Shown here one piece after another: positions 1 to 14,400 of a DNA stretch of 64,000 nucleotides. Position 1 is the stretch's first letter, and each line of letters starts with the position of its first letter. Source of the stretch: Tubulanus polymorphus (taxonomy: Eukaryota > Animalia > Nemertea). Below the pieces are notes generated by a model that was not told the DNA's origin, searched no databases, and saw only the letters and a list, made by a program, of their open reading frames with translations. The DNA lies in contig NC_134031.1 of assembly GCF_964204645.1 (NCBI RefSeq), positions 8,184,001-8,248,000 of the forward strand, given 5' to 3'. Position numbers and translations under genes: made by a program.

Positions 1-717
1 GTTGTGGCAGTTCCCAATTTTTAAGCAAGGATATGTGATTACTATTTATAATTAATCACCAAGATTACCATATAAACTGAGAGATATTTGATATCTAGAA
101 TACCTTCTCAAATACCACTGACTCTACAATCATATTGTATGCACGCATTCTTACAACGGATTCTTTCTTATATATGTATATATATATATATACTTCAGGC
201 CAAATACAATGCTTTTTGTGTGATTGCTCAAAATCCGGACCTACTCTGTTTAGTTTTACTCTAAATGCTTTGCAATATATCACAAACATTTCATCGATAA
301 GTCCCCAATCAAGGTCGATTAGCTTCCAATTACAGCCCAACATGTGAGACTTAATTACCATAAATGATAGGCTGAAATTCGGCTCAACTTACCATGCCAT
401 CGATTTTCAAAGCACACAATACAATATCGTTACAATAACAAAGAGATTAGATCTTAGTGAAAATATTTGAAAAGAAAATGTTGCGAAATTTGATAAAAAC
501 TGGGCTTTCGTCAGACTTTAAATGAGGAGACACTGATTGTAACCACACTTTTTCAGCTGCGCTTATTTCCAGCACAAATGAACGCAACCAGCTAGAGATA
601 TGATCTCCGGCGATTTGCTCCCTATTTAGGAATTATCAAAGATGAATACCTAGAATGGGTTAAATTGACTGTTTGAATCTTCAAATTTAAGAATCCCTGC
701 AAGAACCAATATATTCC

Positions 718-960
718 ATCCTCCATCATAAAGATTTGAACCTGATGGCATTATGAAACTCTGCCATAGCACTAACCCTGCTTGATTACCACGCGAGTGC
801 AGGTACTTGAGCACTTAGCCATGATTTCATTATTAGCCAATTAGGTAGAATTTCCTACTGAGGCAGTCTCAATGCCATCAGGTTCGAATCCCTCCCTAAG
901 GAGGATGATCCAATCCAGTATGGTTGTGTAAGTGAACAATCAGAATGTAACGATTAAGAG
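718..960. repeat. Inverted-repeat dispersed element (MITE-like)
   Basis: GATTTGAACCTGATGGCATT (~733-752) is inverted relative to AATGCCATCAGGTTCGAATC (871-890); a related copy lies at ~16318-16380. Confidence 0.45.
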
Positions 961-3900
961 TAACAGTGATATTATGCTCACTCATCGGGGATAACCCGGG
1001 TCTCTTATGTAGAAAGCAAGCACGCTAACCAGTAGACAAATAGAACTAGTCCACTTGGCCAGTGGTTACACAGCTTGCCGTATGCATAACGCATAAGGTA
1101 TATGCATAATGCAAATACATATGTAGTAATATGCCACTGAATTGTATAGTTAACTTTGAAAGTTTACCAAAATATTCGAAAAATGTTGAAAAAAAAACAG
1201 GGTAAAAAATAATCAAAACTTTTTTTTCGATCGACAGCAAACAATCCTGACTATTTGTGTAATTAGATATATTCAACTGAATTTGGAAAAAAACTGGTGG
1301 TATTTTATGTTCACAATCAGCCATTTGCAGTCATTATTAAAACGCTTTTGTTGATAAGGTGAAGTTTAAAAACGATTTCTTAGAAATTCAAGGGCTGGTT
1401 TTATCAATGACCCCAAATATTCATAGAAAACTAAATGTCTGATTTTGCTTTTGATGTACTGTACATATTCAGTATGGAATGGGTCTAGTTTTTTTAAATC
1501 TTTATTTGCGCATTTGACAGAATTTGAATCAGAAAATAAAAACACCCAATTGTAAATATTTTTGAAGTTATAGACAATAAAAATCTGCGATAAGAATATT
1601 TGATTATACCGAGGCTCAAATTTTGGGTCAATTATAGAAATCTCTTGATAAACGACAACAGAACGCAGAAACTGCCAGAACAATTAATCACATAAACTAC
1701 GAATGATATAAATATAGACGTGTATCATATATACATATGACAAAGCAGGAAAAGTGAAATTAGCCCAAAACCACATTTATTCACTCAAGCTGGATTGCGA
1801 CCTACCCAGTATTATTCATAATTTATCAGGTCAAAATCGTAGACATTTACATCGGCACTAAAACACGCCTTTTATTATTTACGTATCTATGCCACACAGT
1901 CATATTGAAAAATTTCCACTTTACACCAATTGAATAATAACTCTATATTCACGTGAAATTTGACATAGATATCGGAATGTTATTTGTTGTCAAAAATATC
2001 TAGCGACGACGATTCTAGATTTACATACACGTTGCGAACTGTTAAACGTATTTAGAATTATCAGAATGAAATTTATACAAAGAAAACTATTTCTTTGCTT
2101 ATTAGATCTCCCTCATAATGCTAAAATGCGAATTTTTATGACATACAGCCGTAGAGATTATATTGGAGAAAAGGAGGTTTCTTCAAGTGCTAGATAATGG
2201 TGGGTATATCATGTAAGCACTACAAATTCTACATTTTTGACACATAAATTTTCTGACATAAATCTAGTTTTTTTTTGTATTCAATAGGTCATGTCCGTAT
2301 TTTTCTGCTGGTTTTATGAATAACGACACCCAATTCTGCTCGAGTGCTGTGGCCTGTTTTCAGTGTATTTACGGCAAAAACGAAAAGCTTTTTCACACGT
2401 AGCAAAGACGAATGAAAGATTACATCTAGTTCAGAAAATTAATGTTAAAAAGAAAAATAGTCAAATTTTAGTGCCACACAACATTCAATAATCTTATAAT
2501 AATCATCATTGAAATTTCTTTTAAAAGCACTCTAGATAAAAAGTGCTCTAAATGAATATGTTTTAGTGCTGTTTTAAATACTGCAGTATATATGGAGATG
2601 TTAGAAATATCCCTTGATGAATATACGAAAGATTGGCGCTGGTGTAACAAACATTTCAACTTTTTAAAGGTTCAGTTACAAAGCCATGCTTTGTGTTAGA
2701 ATTGCAGCTAGAATTGAATTCTAGCCAGAACCAAACGATTCAGTTCCACCGAAACAATAATGAAAACAAATCATTTCAAAAAAGCACCCAGAACCCAATT
2801 CTGTGGCAAAAAGTAACTGTCTACAAAAATATGTGTTTGCAAAATAGAGTTCAACATGATTTCACATATTGCTCTCGTCAGTTCTCATTAATCTAAATTC
2901 CTGATTGAACGAAAATGAAATAACATAACATTGCTGCCTAGAATAATAGCCGACTTCACATATAATAACAAAATACCACAGATTACGTGGCAAGCACCAG
3001 GGTTATGGGAAAATTCAGAATTTCTCAGTCGAAAACAGGTTTTTAACGTAACACCACCACGAATGCCCACGAGTTACTGAATTCTTTTCAAAGATTCAGA
3101 GCTAATTCTTATCACAAAGGAACAAGAACATAAAATTTTACTTTTAAAAGTGGCCCTGTTAAAATCATGTATTGAAGACGTGTTGAATGATATGAAGCAT
3201 CGAGCTTCTTTGTGCAGATCAGAAATAGCCATCACTTAACCTCAGTAAATCAGCAAAAATCAGCTAAATCATATGGATATTACCAATTTGTCGGGTGTAC
3301 AAAAAGTGTTGAACTACAGTCTGGAAACTAAACAACGAAGCGCTGGTCTGTCTCGAAAGCTCAGCACCTGCAATAACTGTCACCAGGATATCGTTTCATC
3401 GTCACTGATTTGACAGTGTTGAAAACGGTGTGTTAAGTCGGCAATAAATCTGAAATTCCATAGCAAATGCTCTTACGATCGGTTTTAATCAATTTTTGAC
3501 GAGACAGGCAGATTGCGACACTTCGCGAAAAGCCGATTGCGCTTAACAAAACATTCGCATGCAAATGACTTAATCCACCGTGCGATCGGGAAAAACTGCC
3601 CAAGAAATTAATGTTTTGTGTAAAATAGTGCATTTCTATAGTAACACCTTTCCTCCACGTACAATGCCATCGCCGAGCCCAAACGTTAGGAGATCGGGGA
3701 ATTTAATCTGTTTCCAGGGCAACCATACAACGGTAAAGCAATTAAAATGTCATCATACCGGGCTCGGCACATGAATGCCGCATTGCATTGGCGGCGACGT
3801 CCGTGACTTCTCCGCCGCACAATTTTCACATCTTAATTTTATCGTCGATGTTGCACGAATGAATGAAATACGTATCTATTAAAACAGCGCTGATTTTTTT

Positions 3901-4760
3901 CGAGACGGCGTTGACATGCGAACATTGCTAGGCAACCGATTTCATTCGTTTCACATGAATGCAACGGCTGAATACCTCGTCATCTTTGTACACGATATGG
4001 AAAACGTTCGCGACACTATCAAAACATAATCAGTTATCAGTTTCAGATCTATTACGGTAATTTCAATACAACGCGCGCGCATTAACTACTTCGACCACTT
4101 TCTTTTTAACTGCTCAGTTTCGTACCGTTTTTTTTTCCAGCGTTCGAGACGTTTTTAAGAACGCAGCCACCCACAAAACGAGCTGCAGGACAAATTCTGA
4201 GAAGTGTTGAGATAAGCGAAACCATCCCCGATTCTGTGCATTAATCATACATGCGTAGAAAAATGTATCCAGAAGGGCAGTGTTTTAAACCAACAATATT
4301 TCTAATGAAACCTGAAACAAAGTTTCCATTAACGAAATTTTTAGCTAAATCTATAGTGAGCCATTCAGGGAGAAACGGATGGCTGGGAGTGCTAGGATTT
4401 TTCGAGCCACCCATGAGCAACAATTTTGCCAACAACATTGTAACTTTCTTATTAAACAACTGATTCTAAGGTCTGAATGCCTTCATTATACAAACTGACC
4501 TGGCCACAATTTTCAAAGACTCTCAGTCTGACATAAGTTTACTCGAGTTCAGACTAAATGAGGATCTTACAAATATTCCGCCCAGCGAGTCAGGGTCATA
4601 TTATATTCTGAATACATTAAAGTAGAAATTTAACTGAATGACGACCACATACCAGATCAAAGTGGTTCACCAAACTGTTACAAATAAATTACGATATTAA
4701 CTTAGGTACCCAGTAGGCTTTTTGCGTTTCATGAAATATACGTGAGGCTATGCAGTGTAA

Positions 4761-5390
4761 AGCCTAGCTCAGGTCGGCTTATGACCCTACTAGATTGTCA
4801 TAAGAACAGGTGTGGTAGTACACACATGACCGCTGATTGCCGATTCATCTCATATCACTATCTTAAAAGCACAACTCGATCATCGCCAAGTCTCACGGTT
4901 TGTTGACTCGCCATTTTGAACACTAAAAGTCACGTGAGGCAATACTTGTTGCCGATTGGTTACGACATTAAGATCAGTTGTAAGATAAAGAACTATCGGT
5001 AATAGGATAAAAACCCACAATGTACAATTAAAAGAATTTATAATCGAGAATTTATTTCTAAAATGTAAAAAATACCTCTAGTGTAATATCTCTAGTGTGA
5101 GATCGAAATGTCGTCTTTTTTACATTTTAGAGATAAATTCTCAATTTTAAATTCTTTTAATTGTACATAGTGGGTTTTTATCCTATCATCCGTTCACCAC
5201 GTTTGAGTGTGGTTATCGTACTAGAACTATCGGTAGTTATATCCTTACGATTTGGCTTACGATCGGTGTCCAATCAATCCAACGCAGTCATAAGTATACT
5301 CAAATCGAAAAGGGCCTGATAATAAAATAGCAGACTTGACCGCTTACGATCCGGCGATTCGATTGGATCTTAGTCGACCTGAGTGACGCT
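4761..5390. mobile_element. PIF/Harbinger-like MITE hosting the nested palindromic insertion
   Basis: Imperfect terminal inverted repeats AGC-N4-CTCAGGTCG flanked by TAA on both sides (4758-4760, 5391-5393); repeated TACGAT/ACGAC motifs inside; a related terminus near 7993-8016. Confidence 0.5.
5002..5222 (+). mobile_element. Short palindromic insertion with a degenerate hammerhead, related to the 62403-62640 element
   Basis: 74-bp inverted arms (5002-5075 / 5113-5186, 5 mismatches); 13-bp direct repeat AGAACTATCGGTA (4989-5001 and 5223-5235); loop retains stem II, GAAA and UG-UC. Confidence 0.65.
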
Positions 5391-6027
5391 TAAGAACAAC
5401 CAGACGGGTACCATACTGGAACAAGCGACTGACGATAATCACATCCTCTCATCTATTGAATAGAACGCTAACTATGTTGATTCGATTCCACCTGCTTGTA
5501 AATCAAGTGTCTATTGGCTCAGATCAGTCATCTGTGCCTTCAATAACTTATATCCACTCGTTGTTTATCGTTTAATTAGATTGAAGTACTTCAATTGCGA
5601 CGTTTGATTGAATTTCAACAATCCCCTACATTTTTTAACGTTTAACCCTTTACCAGTACATCATTAACCTTACCCTCACTCCAAGCACTAACTCACTGAA
5701 AGCCCAAGATGGTGGATCAAATCATTTGCTAGGTTAAGAGAGAGGCATTCAACGTTCACAGTTTTATGAAGTTCATTCACAAAGAAGCTCATAATGTTAA
5801 CAGATTCATTAAATTTGAGAAATTGAAAAAAGAGAATCTACTCATATCATGAATAATTAAAATCCAGTCCTATCCAATCATGAATACTCAAATTGATTGC
5901 CTAATTCAATGTGTCTCTAAGGAATCTAATAAATCATTCTTTGTATTGATTTCATAGATTCATTGATTTCATCAAAATAGGGCCCGCATATTTTCAAAGT
6001 TTAGAAAAGTTGGCTCAATTTTCTTAC

Positions 6028-7141
6028 CTTCTATAGTGGTACTTGAATTGTGTGCTTTTGTAACAGTCAGCTCAGGTGACGCTTTATAATTTGCATAGTG
6101 TGGGGAGATCGGTAGTGATGCTGGTTCTCCTTGTCGTTGCTCAGCAGCTGCGTTTGTAATGGACGGAAGAGCGGCAACTGATATCGATGGCTCCTGGTCA
6201 AATGTATGACCAGATGCAAAGTCCAGAAGGGGCAGGTATCGTGTGATGGAATGTGCCTCTTCAGCTAGACCATACATGCCCAGTAGTTCGCTGACTGTAC
6301 TTTCAGCATAATCTTTCAACTCACGTGCATCATGTGATGTATTCAATGATGTCGTTGAAAGATGAACATACTGTCTCACTTTATGTTTTAGATTTTCAGC
6401 GATTATACCATTAGATAGAACTTCATCCGGTTTTCTAATGTCAGAAGACTGATCTCGGGATGTAGCAACATCTATTGACTGGCTTAGTTTGCTAGATGCC
6501 GATTTCAAACTAAGGTCAATGACACCATTGTCATCTAAATGGCCATCATTATGGTTATCGACTTGTTTCTCTTTACTGGACATGTTCTGATCAAGTACAT
6601 CTCGACAAATATCTTGATTTTCATTTTCATTGTAGCCGTTATCTGTTTCAGCAGTAGCATCTTCATCAACATCATTTACAACATTTAAATCAGCAGTATT
6701 GTTATGAACATCGTTATCGCTCCTGTCATCGTCAAAATCAATGGGATGCTCATTATTGGTGGTGCCACTTAGGTCAATGTACAGATCACCATCGGAATCA
6801 AGCTCATTACTGTTTTCGTCTATATCAATCTCGCTATCAGTTGTTACTGCAACAGTAGTAAACTGTGCAAAATCAATGTCCTTGTTGTTCAACTCATATT
6901 CTTGAATCTCACTGAGTTCTTGTGCCAACTTGGCATCCTCAGAGCGCATGTATTTCAGACTTTTTGGGGCTGCATTCTTACGTCTGGCCTTTCGAGAGAA
7001 ACTGTGCTCTTCACAGTTGAGGGGTGTTGGTGATGCAGATGGTGTATGGGATGTTTCACTCTCATTTTCGGAGTCTTTAAGTTTCGCACAGATTGCATCT
7101 AACTTCAGTAAACCCCTGGTAGCAGCAGCAGTAGCAGCCAT
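6028..7141 (-). CDS. CASZ1: Zinc finger protein castor homolog, first coding exon (N-terminal 371 codons; downstream exons lie beyond the left edge)
   Basis: Translation contains GLLKLDAICAKL and ELKDYAESTVSELLGMYG, matching the CASZ1 N-terminal motifs as I recall them from the human protein (GLKLNAICAKL, SLRDYAASTMTEFLGMFG). ATG at 7141 is in strong context (AAAATGG) with an in-frame TAG upstream. Donor GAAG|GTAAGA at 6028/6027; acceptor TTTTTTAG|ATAT puts the exon start at 7214. Zinc fingers are not in the window. Confidence 0.88.
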
Positions 7142-7503
7142 TTTGGAGTAGATAATTTGACAACAAATCTTCTTTTTCCAATGCTATCATCAGAATTAAC
7201 CAATCATAAGATATCTAAAAAAAACAAAGATTTTTTTTACACACTGAATAAATTTGATATTTTCAAATGATGTTTACACCTCGACTCAAGTGTCCAACAT
7301 AATACGCCAGCACAAGCAATCTATATTTAATTGATTGTGATACATTATCAAAGGTAGCTACTGGTGGTAGATGACATCCAGTTAACTTGAACCAACTTTT
7401 GAGCAACTGGCACCGGCTAGTCATGTCTTCTAATAAGCCCACCTGAATGCTCGTTAATAGACTAGCCAACCAAATCTCACGTCATCTCACTGATTTCATA
7501 TGA

Positions 7504-7511
<8 letters not shown>

Positions 7512-7585
<74 letters not shown>
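7512..7585. repeat. (AT)n microsatellite
   Basis: Uninterrupted AT dinucleotide run. Confidence 0.98.
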
Positions 7586-7588
<3 letters not shown>

Positions 7589-10500
7589 TATGTATTCCAT
7601 AAACTTTCCATATATTCAGTGGAATTATTGCGAGAAATCACCTAGAGGGATTCAAATTTCGTTGTTTATAATTCATATTCACAATTTTTAGGTAGATCAA
7701 CAAAGGTTTTTTATTATAAACATGCAAAAACGTCGTGGCAAGGCAGTGTCTCTCTTTCCTTCATATTCGGTCGTACATAAGGTCAAGATGTTGATCTTTC
7801 ATTCACCACTCTGATTGGCCGAAATTAGTAGTACAGTCGGCAACCGATTGCAGAAACGCGCACATATTACGACGAAGCACAGACTGGTTCCGTTGCGTCG
7901 TAGAACTAGAACGTATTCAACTCCTGCGATTTAGTCATGAAAAACGGGCGACAATCGGTGGTAGTCGCCAGAAAACCAGGCACCGAGTCACGTAAGGTCG
8001 ATCTGAGCCCGGATTTAGAATTTAGAAATTCAATCCAAGCTACATAAATTTAGAAAAAGTCAGAGCATGAATGGAGGGTGGGGGGGGGGGTGATATGAAA
8101 CACCTCTACCCCGGTGCCTGGTGTGACTAGAAATTACTTAGCTCAGTGAACTGTAGTTACCTGGGTGGGAGAATAGGTGGCCTTGCCTACAAAGTTAACA
8201 GTATGCAGGCTTCAACCAATGGCCATAACACCCGGGACGAACTAATTTTTTTTTATATCACATTCTAATATCAAAAAATGGGAAATACCACATGTAAAAA
8301 CAAACAAGTCTCTGTCATATCCTGGATAAAGAAATTCATATTAAAAAAAATAACTCTTACAAAAACCTCTCCATTTCATTGCTCTGGAAATCGAACTTCT
8401 GAGAAATCACACCCCCCGCATCATAATCACAATGCAAAATGAACAACAAAAATGATGTGGGTACGTTTTTATCTTATCATACATATCAAATTTATTTAAA
8501 TGAAAATAATTGTTAATTGTTTGCTTACTCCTAGAACGGCAATATTACACAGTTTTGAGTGAGCCATTGATTTTTCAAACAAAGAATTATGAAAAAGCTA
8601 CATTCTATACATACGGGAATTTCGTTTGTCGAAATGACATCCTTTATTGATTTTAGGATTCTAAAAAATCAGTAATTTCTAACACATGCGTATATATCGG
8701 TAACAGAAATATTTAGGCAGAAATGATATTTCATAGTTGTTGTAAACAGCGGTGTAACAGGACACTTCAACATCAATTTTTCGAGCCCCATAGCTGTGAA
8801 AACATTGGAAAATCAGAGTATTCATTAGAGTATGTATACTTGAGCAAAATACTAATTATACATATATATGAAACGCACCTGGCTAATAGATTTAGCAAAA
8901 CACTGTATGAAACATCCTGACAAAATATACACTTTTCTAATCCGCATCAAAACTAGTTTGACATGCATGGTTATAATAGTCATGGCAAATACCTTCATAG
9001 TTGCGTTGCATTTTAATCTTTTTTGATGCAGACATTTTTTCTTGAAAGTCATCCAAATTTCATTAATATTTTCCTTATGATTTTGGAAAACAGGTAAGGA
9101 TAACAATTGATGAGGTGCTGAATGAAATCATCAGGAACGAAGGGTTCTGATGACTATAACTCAGAAGACAAATCTAAATTTCTATTTCCTTTAGTACTAT
9201 TTGGAGCTGTTGGCCTGATCTAAGAACAGAGTGTCAGTGAGTCATTGAAAAATCTTATAGTTACATTCGAACCAGAACCAACAGAATTTGTTTAGAAAGC
9301 AGGTCAGTTATAAAACGTTTATATTCAGAAAGTTTGTAAGAATTGATCAAAATGAAGAAATGTTTCAGGGTTGCTGCTGATACCAGTAAACCTTGAAATG
9401 TTGATTCCCAGAAACTTAATTCAATTGTTGAACTTAAAACTCGAAGTAAAATGACATTCTTTCATAATCTAAGCCATCGTAATATGAAATCAGTGATATT
9501 ATGCTCAAATTTGTAAGTGCTTATATACCTGTTCCAGATCTTATCAGTGGTAATTATAGATTAAGTACGATACATATATAGCGAGGTTAACGAGGCAGCA
9601 ATTTATTTCTATGCATAACTTATTCAGGAACACAGTTGTTACTCAGGAACACAGTCTTAATCCATTCAAAATCACCTGGTCCATATATAAAAACATACAT
9701 CGCAAGGGTATTTAAGATAAAACCATTGTGTTGTTGTCTAGTAACTAATAGAACACACATAAGTCTAAGCTTAACAGTATATCCAAAGATTTTACGAGAA
9801 ATTGACAATGATTCTAATGATTTAAGCATCTTTTGAATTGGTTTTAGATACGAATGCCTCAAATATGATCTAAATAAAATGATCACTTGACCTCAGTGTA
9901 CATTCGGGTGAATAAGTTGCTTTCACGAACTAATAGATAGTTTTCAGGCAGGTTACAATAATAACGAATTGAATTATTTATTCAGCTGATACATCTTCAC
10001 CGACTATTTTCGAAAAAAAAAACCTGGCTGATTTGATCAATATGCGAATATGAAAAATATGGTAATTTGCAAGGGAAATATCGACTGAATTCTAACACTA
10101 TCCAGATGATATTTGATAATCATCGCGAAAAACGGATGAACAACGCCGATGAAATTTGTGGCATGCCATTTCAATCTACAGGCCCAAAGACAACGTTAAA
10201 AATAAGGCATGAATTTCGCACCAGTGAGAAACTGTTAAAACAACAACAAAACTTTAGATCGAATTCCATTTGTAATTATTTCATTGCAGTTCATGTGTTA
10301 ACTCATAGAAGCGAAGGAATGACTACCAGATGAAATTTCATACGCTATACGTGACAGAGTTTAGAAATCGTAAAACGAACAATACCCATTACTCAAAGAA
10401 AATTCTACACAAAAGGAACGGAGACAATAATAACTATTGAAAGAAAAAATAAATGGCTACAAAATAAGTCAGAAAAACACCACAACATATGAAGCAGCAA

Positions 10501-10591
10501 ATCACTGCTAAACAACAATACAACAATGTCTAAGCAAAATGTTATATGAAAACAGACTGCTTAAAGACTGGGCATTTTAGTAATAGTTACA

Positions 10592-10900
10592 TAATTTCTA
10601 TAGTGCTCTTTTCACCATGATCCGATATTCAATGGCGCTTTCCATTAATGGTACTATTACCCCCAGCCTATAACCATGGACTCAGTCCATGCTATAACTA
10701 AACATTTATCAGTCATCAATTTCTGAGAAGTAAAAACCGAGCAGCTGCTAGACGTCCAGGAGTCATCTATCAGACCAGGTACCCATTTACTCCTGGGTGG
10801 AGAGAGGATAAATGTCTTGCCTGAGGACACTACGGTAATGTACGGGGTTCGAACCCACGACCCGTCTTCCCAGAGGCGAATGCTCTAACCACTCGCCCAC
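10592..10900 (-). mobile_element. tRNA-derived SINE
   Basis: Minus strand has A box (GGCGAGTGGTTAG) and B box (GGTTCGAACC), a central CCACCCAGGAGTAAATGGGTACC block resembling conserved SINE core domains, and an L2-like tail (AAAGCGCCATTGA...AAGAGCACTATAGAA). Degenerate tRNA-like heads also near 970-1040 and 32155-32215. Confidence 0.7.
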
Positions 10901-11064
10901 ATTTTCAGTCAGCCCTTGGCCCATTTATAGTTCCATAATATTTCAACCAAGAGACAATTTTCAATCATTTTGAATGACTATTATATGTAAGTGATACCCA
11001 GTCAATAAAACTGCCTTAGTAAACACCTCAAATACTACAAATATGAGATACAAATTTCTTTCTG

Positions 11065-11424
11065 CATGGTTCCCACAGTTACATGAATTGAAAATTCCCA
11101 AAGTATTTCACGGGTGATTTTTCAATTTTCCCAAATGGAAAATGGGGGCCTTGGTAAAAAGGTAAAAATGAACAGATACCTGGTACCATCATACTACAGT
11201 CAACGTTGTAGTGACTGGTTGATAAAGGTGATTTTCATGAAAAATTGTCGAAGAAAGTTGCCCTCGGCAAATGCTATACATAAAATGTACCACGTTAATG
11301 AATTTTTCCAAATGTTTCCCTGATTAGAAAAAAAATTCTCAAATTCTCAAATATTTCCTAACTGGGAATTATAATTTCAAAATCCCCAAGTTTTTCCCAA
11401 TTTCCCTGTACTGCGGGAACCATG
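11065..11424. mobile_element. Non-autonomous DNA transposon with 6-bp TSD
   Basis: TIR CATGGTTCCCACAG / CTGCGGGAACCATG; TTTCTG on both flanks; subterminal TTCCC repeats. Confidence 0.72.
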
Positions 11425-14400
11425 TTTCTGACAACTTATCAACAGTTTTACAACATCAAAATTACCCCCATTGTCCAAGGCTTTTTGCGAACCACTACCG
11501 AAAGCTGAAAGAAAATGACAGACCATACACAATATAATCAAAATGAAAGAAGAGACATCACGAGAATAGACAAATGGTTTTCTAAGATATGAAATGATTT
11601 CCAATGAGTTATTCTAATGGTCATATATTGATTTCCACACGGCAATATCTGTCCTCTCATCAATTGTATACACGCTGAACTTTTAGTTGGCATAAAAAAT
11701 TTGCAGAAACAGCAGAAAAATTATTCCATAACAGCAGGTGGATACGACTGTAACGCAGCAACGAAAAACAACTGAAACTGCACGCATTTGACTGGAAAAA
11801 AATCCATCATCATCTATTGTTCACAGCTTGAAAAGAATTGACGATAATTTGTTTCCCACAAAGAATTGCCATGGAAATGGCGATAATTCGTTGATGTGTC
11901 CGGATTGCGCGATTCGACATTTATATCGCAGCACGCCGTACGATTTTCCTCCTACGAAATACGTACTACCAACCTCACGCGATGCAACATTCACAAATCC
12001 GAGTAACTGACAATTATTCGCCAGATCATCAAAATGCGATTTTAAGTGCACTCAGTACAAAATCATACTTCAATTGACTATTTCAACTCATTATATATTC
12101 ATCACCTCAAGTTCTTCAGCGAAGTTCAAAAGTTTGAATCAATTTTTTTCCACAAAAGGCTACATTCGTATTTTACCACTCACATATAAATAATGATACA
12201 AAATTCCTACTAGCCTCTTGGATTTTGAAGACATGTATGAAATGCGGAAAAATTCAGAAATCATCAGTAGCAATTGTTATTTCTCGATGTTACCTAAGTT
12301 AGTAAGTAAGTAGTTGAAGTGAAGTAAATTCTACGAAGAAATGATATGAAATCCCGTGCTAAGAATTAAAAGTCTGAAATTTCCTAGAGCTGATAATTCA
12401 ACATTTTGGTTATATCCTAATGCACCTAGGGGTATTGAAAAATTATGACATGGCACAAACTCCTGCCTGATCAGCCCGAGTGCTTAGGTAAGCAGAACAA
12501 ATACGTACAGCACTATTCAGATTGCCTGTTGTATGATCCCTGTTGCAAATTTCACGGATATACTATAAATGGAAAAACCTGGGCTAAAATAAAAGGTGAA
12601 TTCTCGATCGAATCAAATTCTAAACCCCGCCTAAGGAGGACGAGAACAAGGAGACTTATAAAGTGATAAAGCCATTCATGCACTAGGCGATTTCTTGACA
12701 ATTTGTTGCCAATTTTCGTCGCAAGCAAAACATTTACTACAATGTCGCCTGCAGTTTCCAGCAACCAGATCACTCAGTATCTTGCATCCTAGATATTCAG
12801 CGAATGCGATATACCGGCAATACCACATGGTGCAACAAAACACCGGGTTATTTGTAGCGAAAATCAGTTCATTTTCCATGAAATTTGAACTTGATTTTTA
12901 GGATATATATAAGATTCCCTTTTCTCAATCAGTGTATGGTATAGATCTGAACATTGATTTACCTGGTACTAATCGGAAAAGTTGACTCAAATTGAAATGC
13001 AGAAAATATTGAAGCACGATAACCCATTGCCACTAGCGATCCTTGCGGATTAACGCCAAATCCTAGCTTCCATCAGTAGCCTTGCCGGTATCCCCTTGCC
13101 ATCAGTCGCCATGCGCGATTCACAAAATGGCACCCCCTGAAAGTGAAGTGGTGCCAGCAACTAGTGGCGCCACTTTGTGACCTGCAATTTGGCTACAAAT
13201 AGCCAAGTGCGCAGTCGTGGGCAGTGACAGATGGTGATTTAATTAAACCAAATTTGCAGACGATTAAAAATCTATCCATTAATTACTAAAATTTGGCAAG
13301 AGTGCATCGCGAGGTAATGTGAAACATATCTGAAGCCGAGTAAATTGGGGTACTTAGTTATAATGCAATGGTGAATATTAGCTAAAAATGAAAATAGAAA
13401 GAGGGGTCAATTAATGAATGGAATAAACAAAGAAAAGGAATAGGGGATGAAACGATAAATCATGTATTGAGTTGAATTTAGAGAAGTTTGTTGTGAGGGA
13501 AATGGCCCTTGAATATGCCCCTTAGGACTCTCACAACATTTCGAACTCTTATTTTCAGTACAGGATTTTAGATTATCTACTTAAATGGACAGCGTGTTTC
13601 ATCAATGGTTATCTATGAAGATATTTCAGGGCAACATTTTCCATATCGACAACAAAACGTAAATTCTAGAAATGAATTAGTTAAATACTGAGATACCAAT
13701 TACAAAAAAATACGCGTATGATGTATAAGCATTGTATAAAAACAAGCGCGCGCTCCAATTCATGAATTAGTTTTTTAATCAAATCCCCACATAGCAATTA
13801 ATTGATAAATCATCATGTGAAGTGGACTAATTAGGTAAATTAATCAATTAGGCATACAAAATGCACCATATATGATAAATCTTTAGACACATAAGCAAAA
13901 AAACGATCAAATGAAATGGTAACGATTTCCAATAACTAATGAAATAGCCGAAAAACTGTCCGACGCTAAGTTTTCTCATAAATTTCTAAAATTTCCAGCA
14001 AGATCCGATTTGTTGAATGTCTAAATACGAATTTGTTCATTATCATTTATCTAAATTCATCTTCAATTAGTGAGTCAAAGCGTAAACTTGCAACTGCTTC
14101 TACCCCCTTTGCAAGTTAGACACTTCGACTAATTAATAGAAAATAAATTTAGATAAATGATTATTAACTAAATTGTATTGCCCTGAAAAAATGAACTATT
14201 GAAACGTAAACTTCACGAAGTTAAACCAAAATCGCTGAAATCAAATCAAGCCCAGCAATATGACTGTAGTGACAAATAAGCCGATGTTTCTACTACTAAA
14301 TGGCGACGTTAACAAGTTTGTAACGCTACGCGCGGTGATGAATACCTATCGAAAGCTTACAATGTTTGATAATCTATACTTACAATACGAGCTCTTTATC

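Noticed and set aside
5972-6027. C-terminal end of the 389-aa ORF as the end of a single-exon gene
   Set aside because: A consensus donor at 6028/6027 and the absence of castor zinc fingers indicate read-through into an intron.
10830-10900. tRNA gene
   Set aside because: A and B boxes are present but there is no closed cloverleaf, and the sequence continues into a SINE body and tail.
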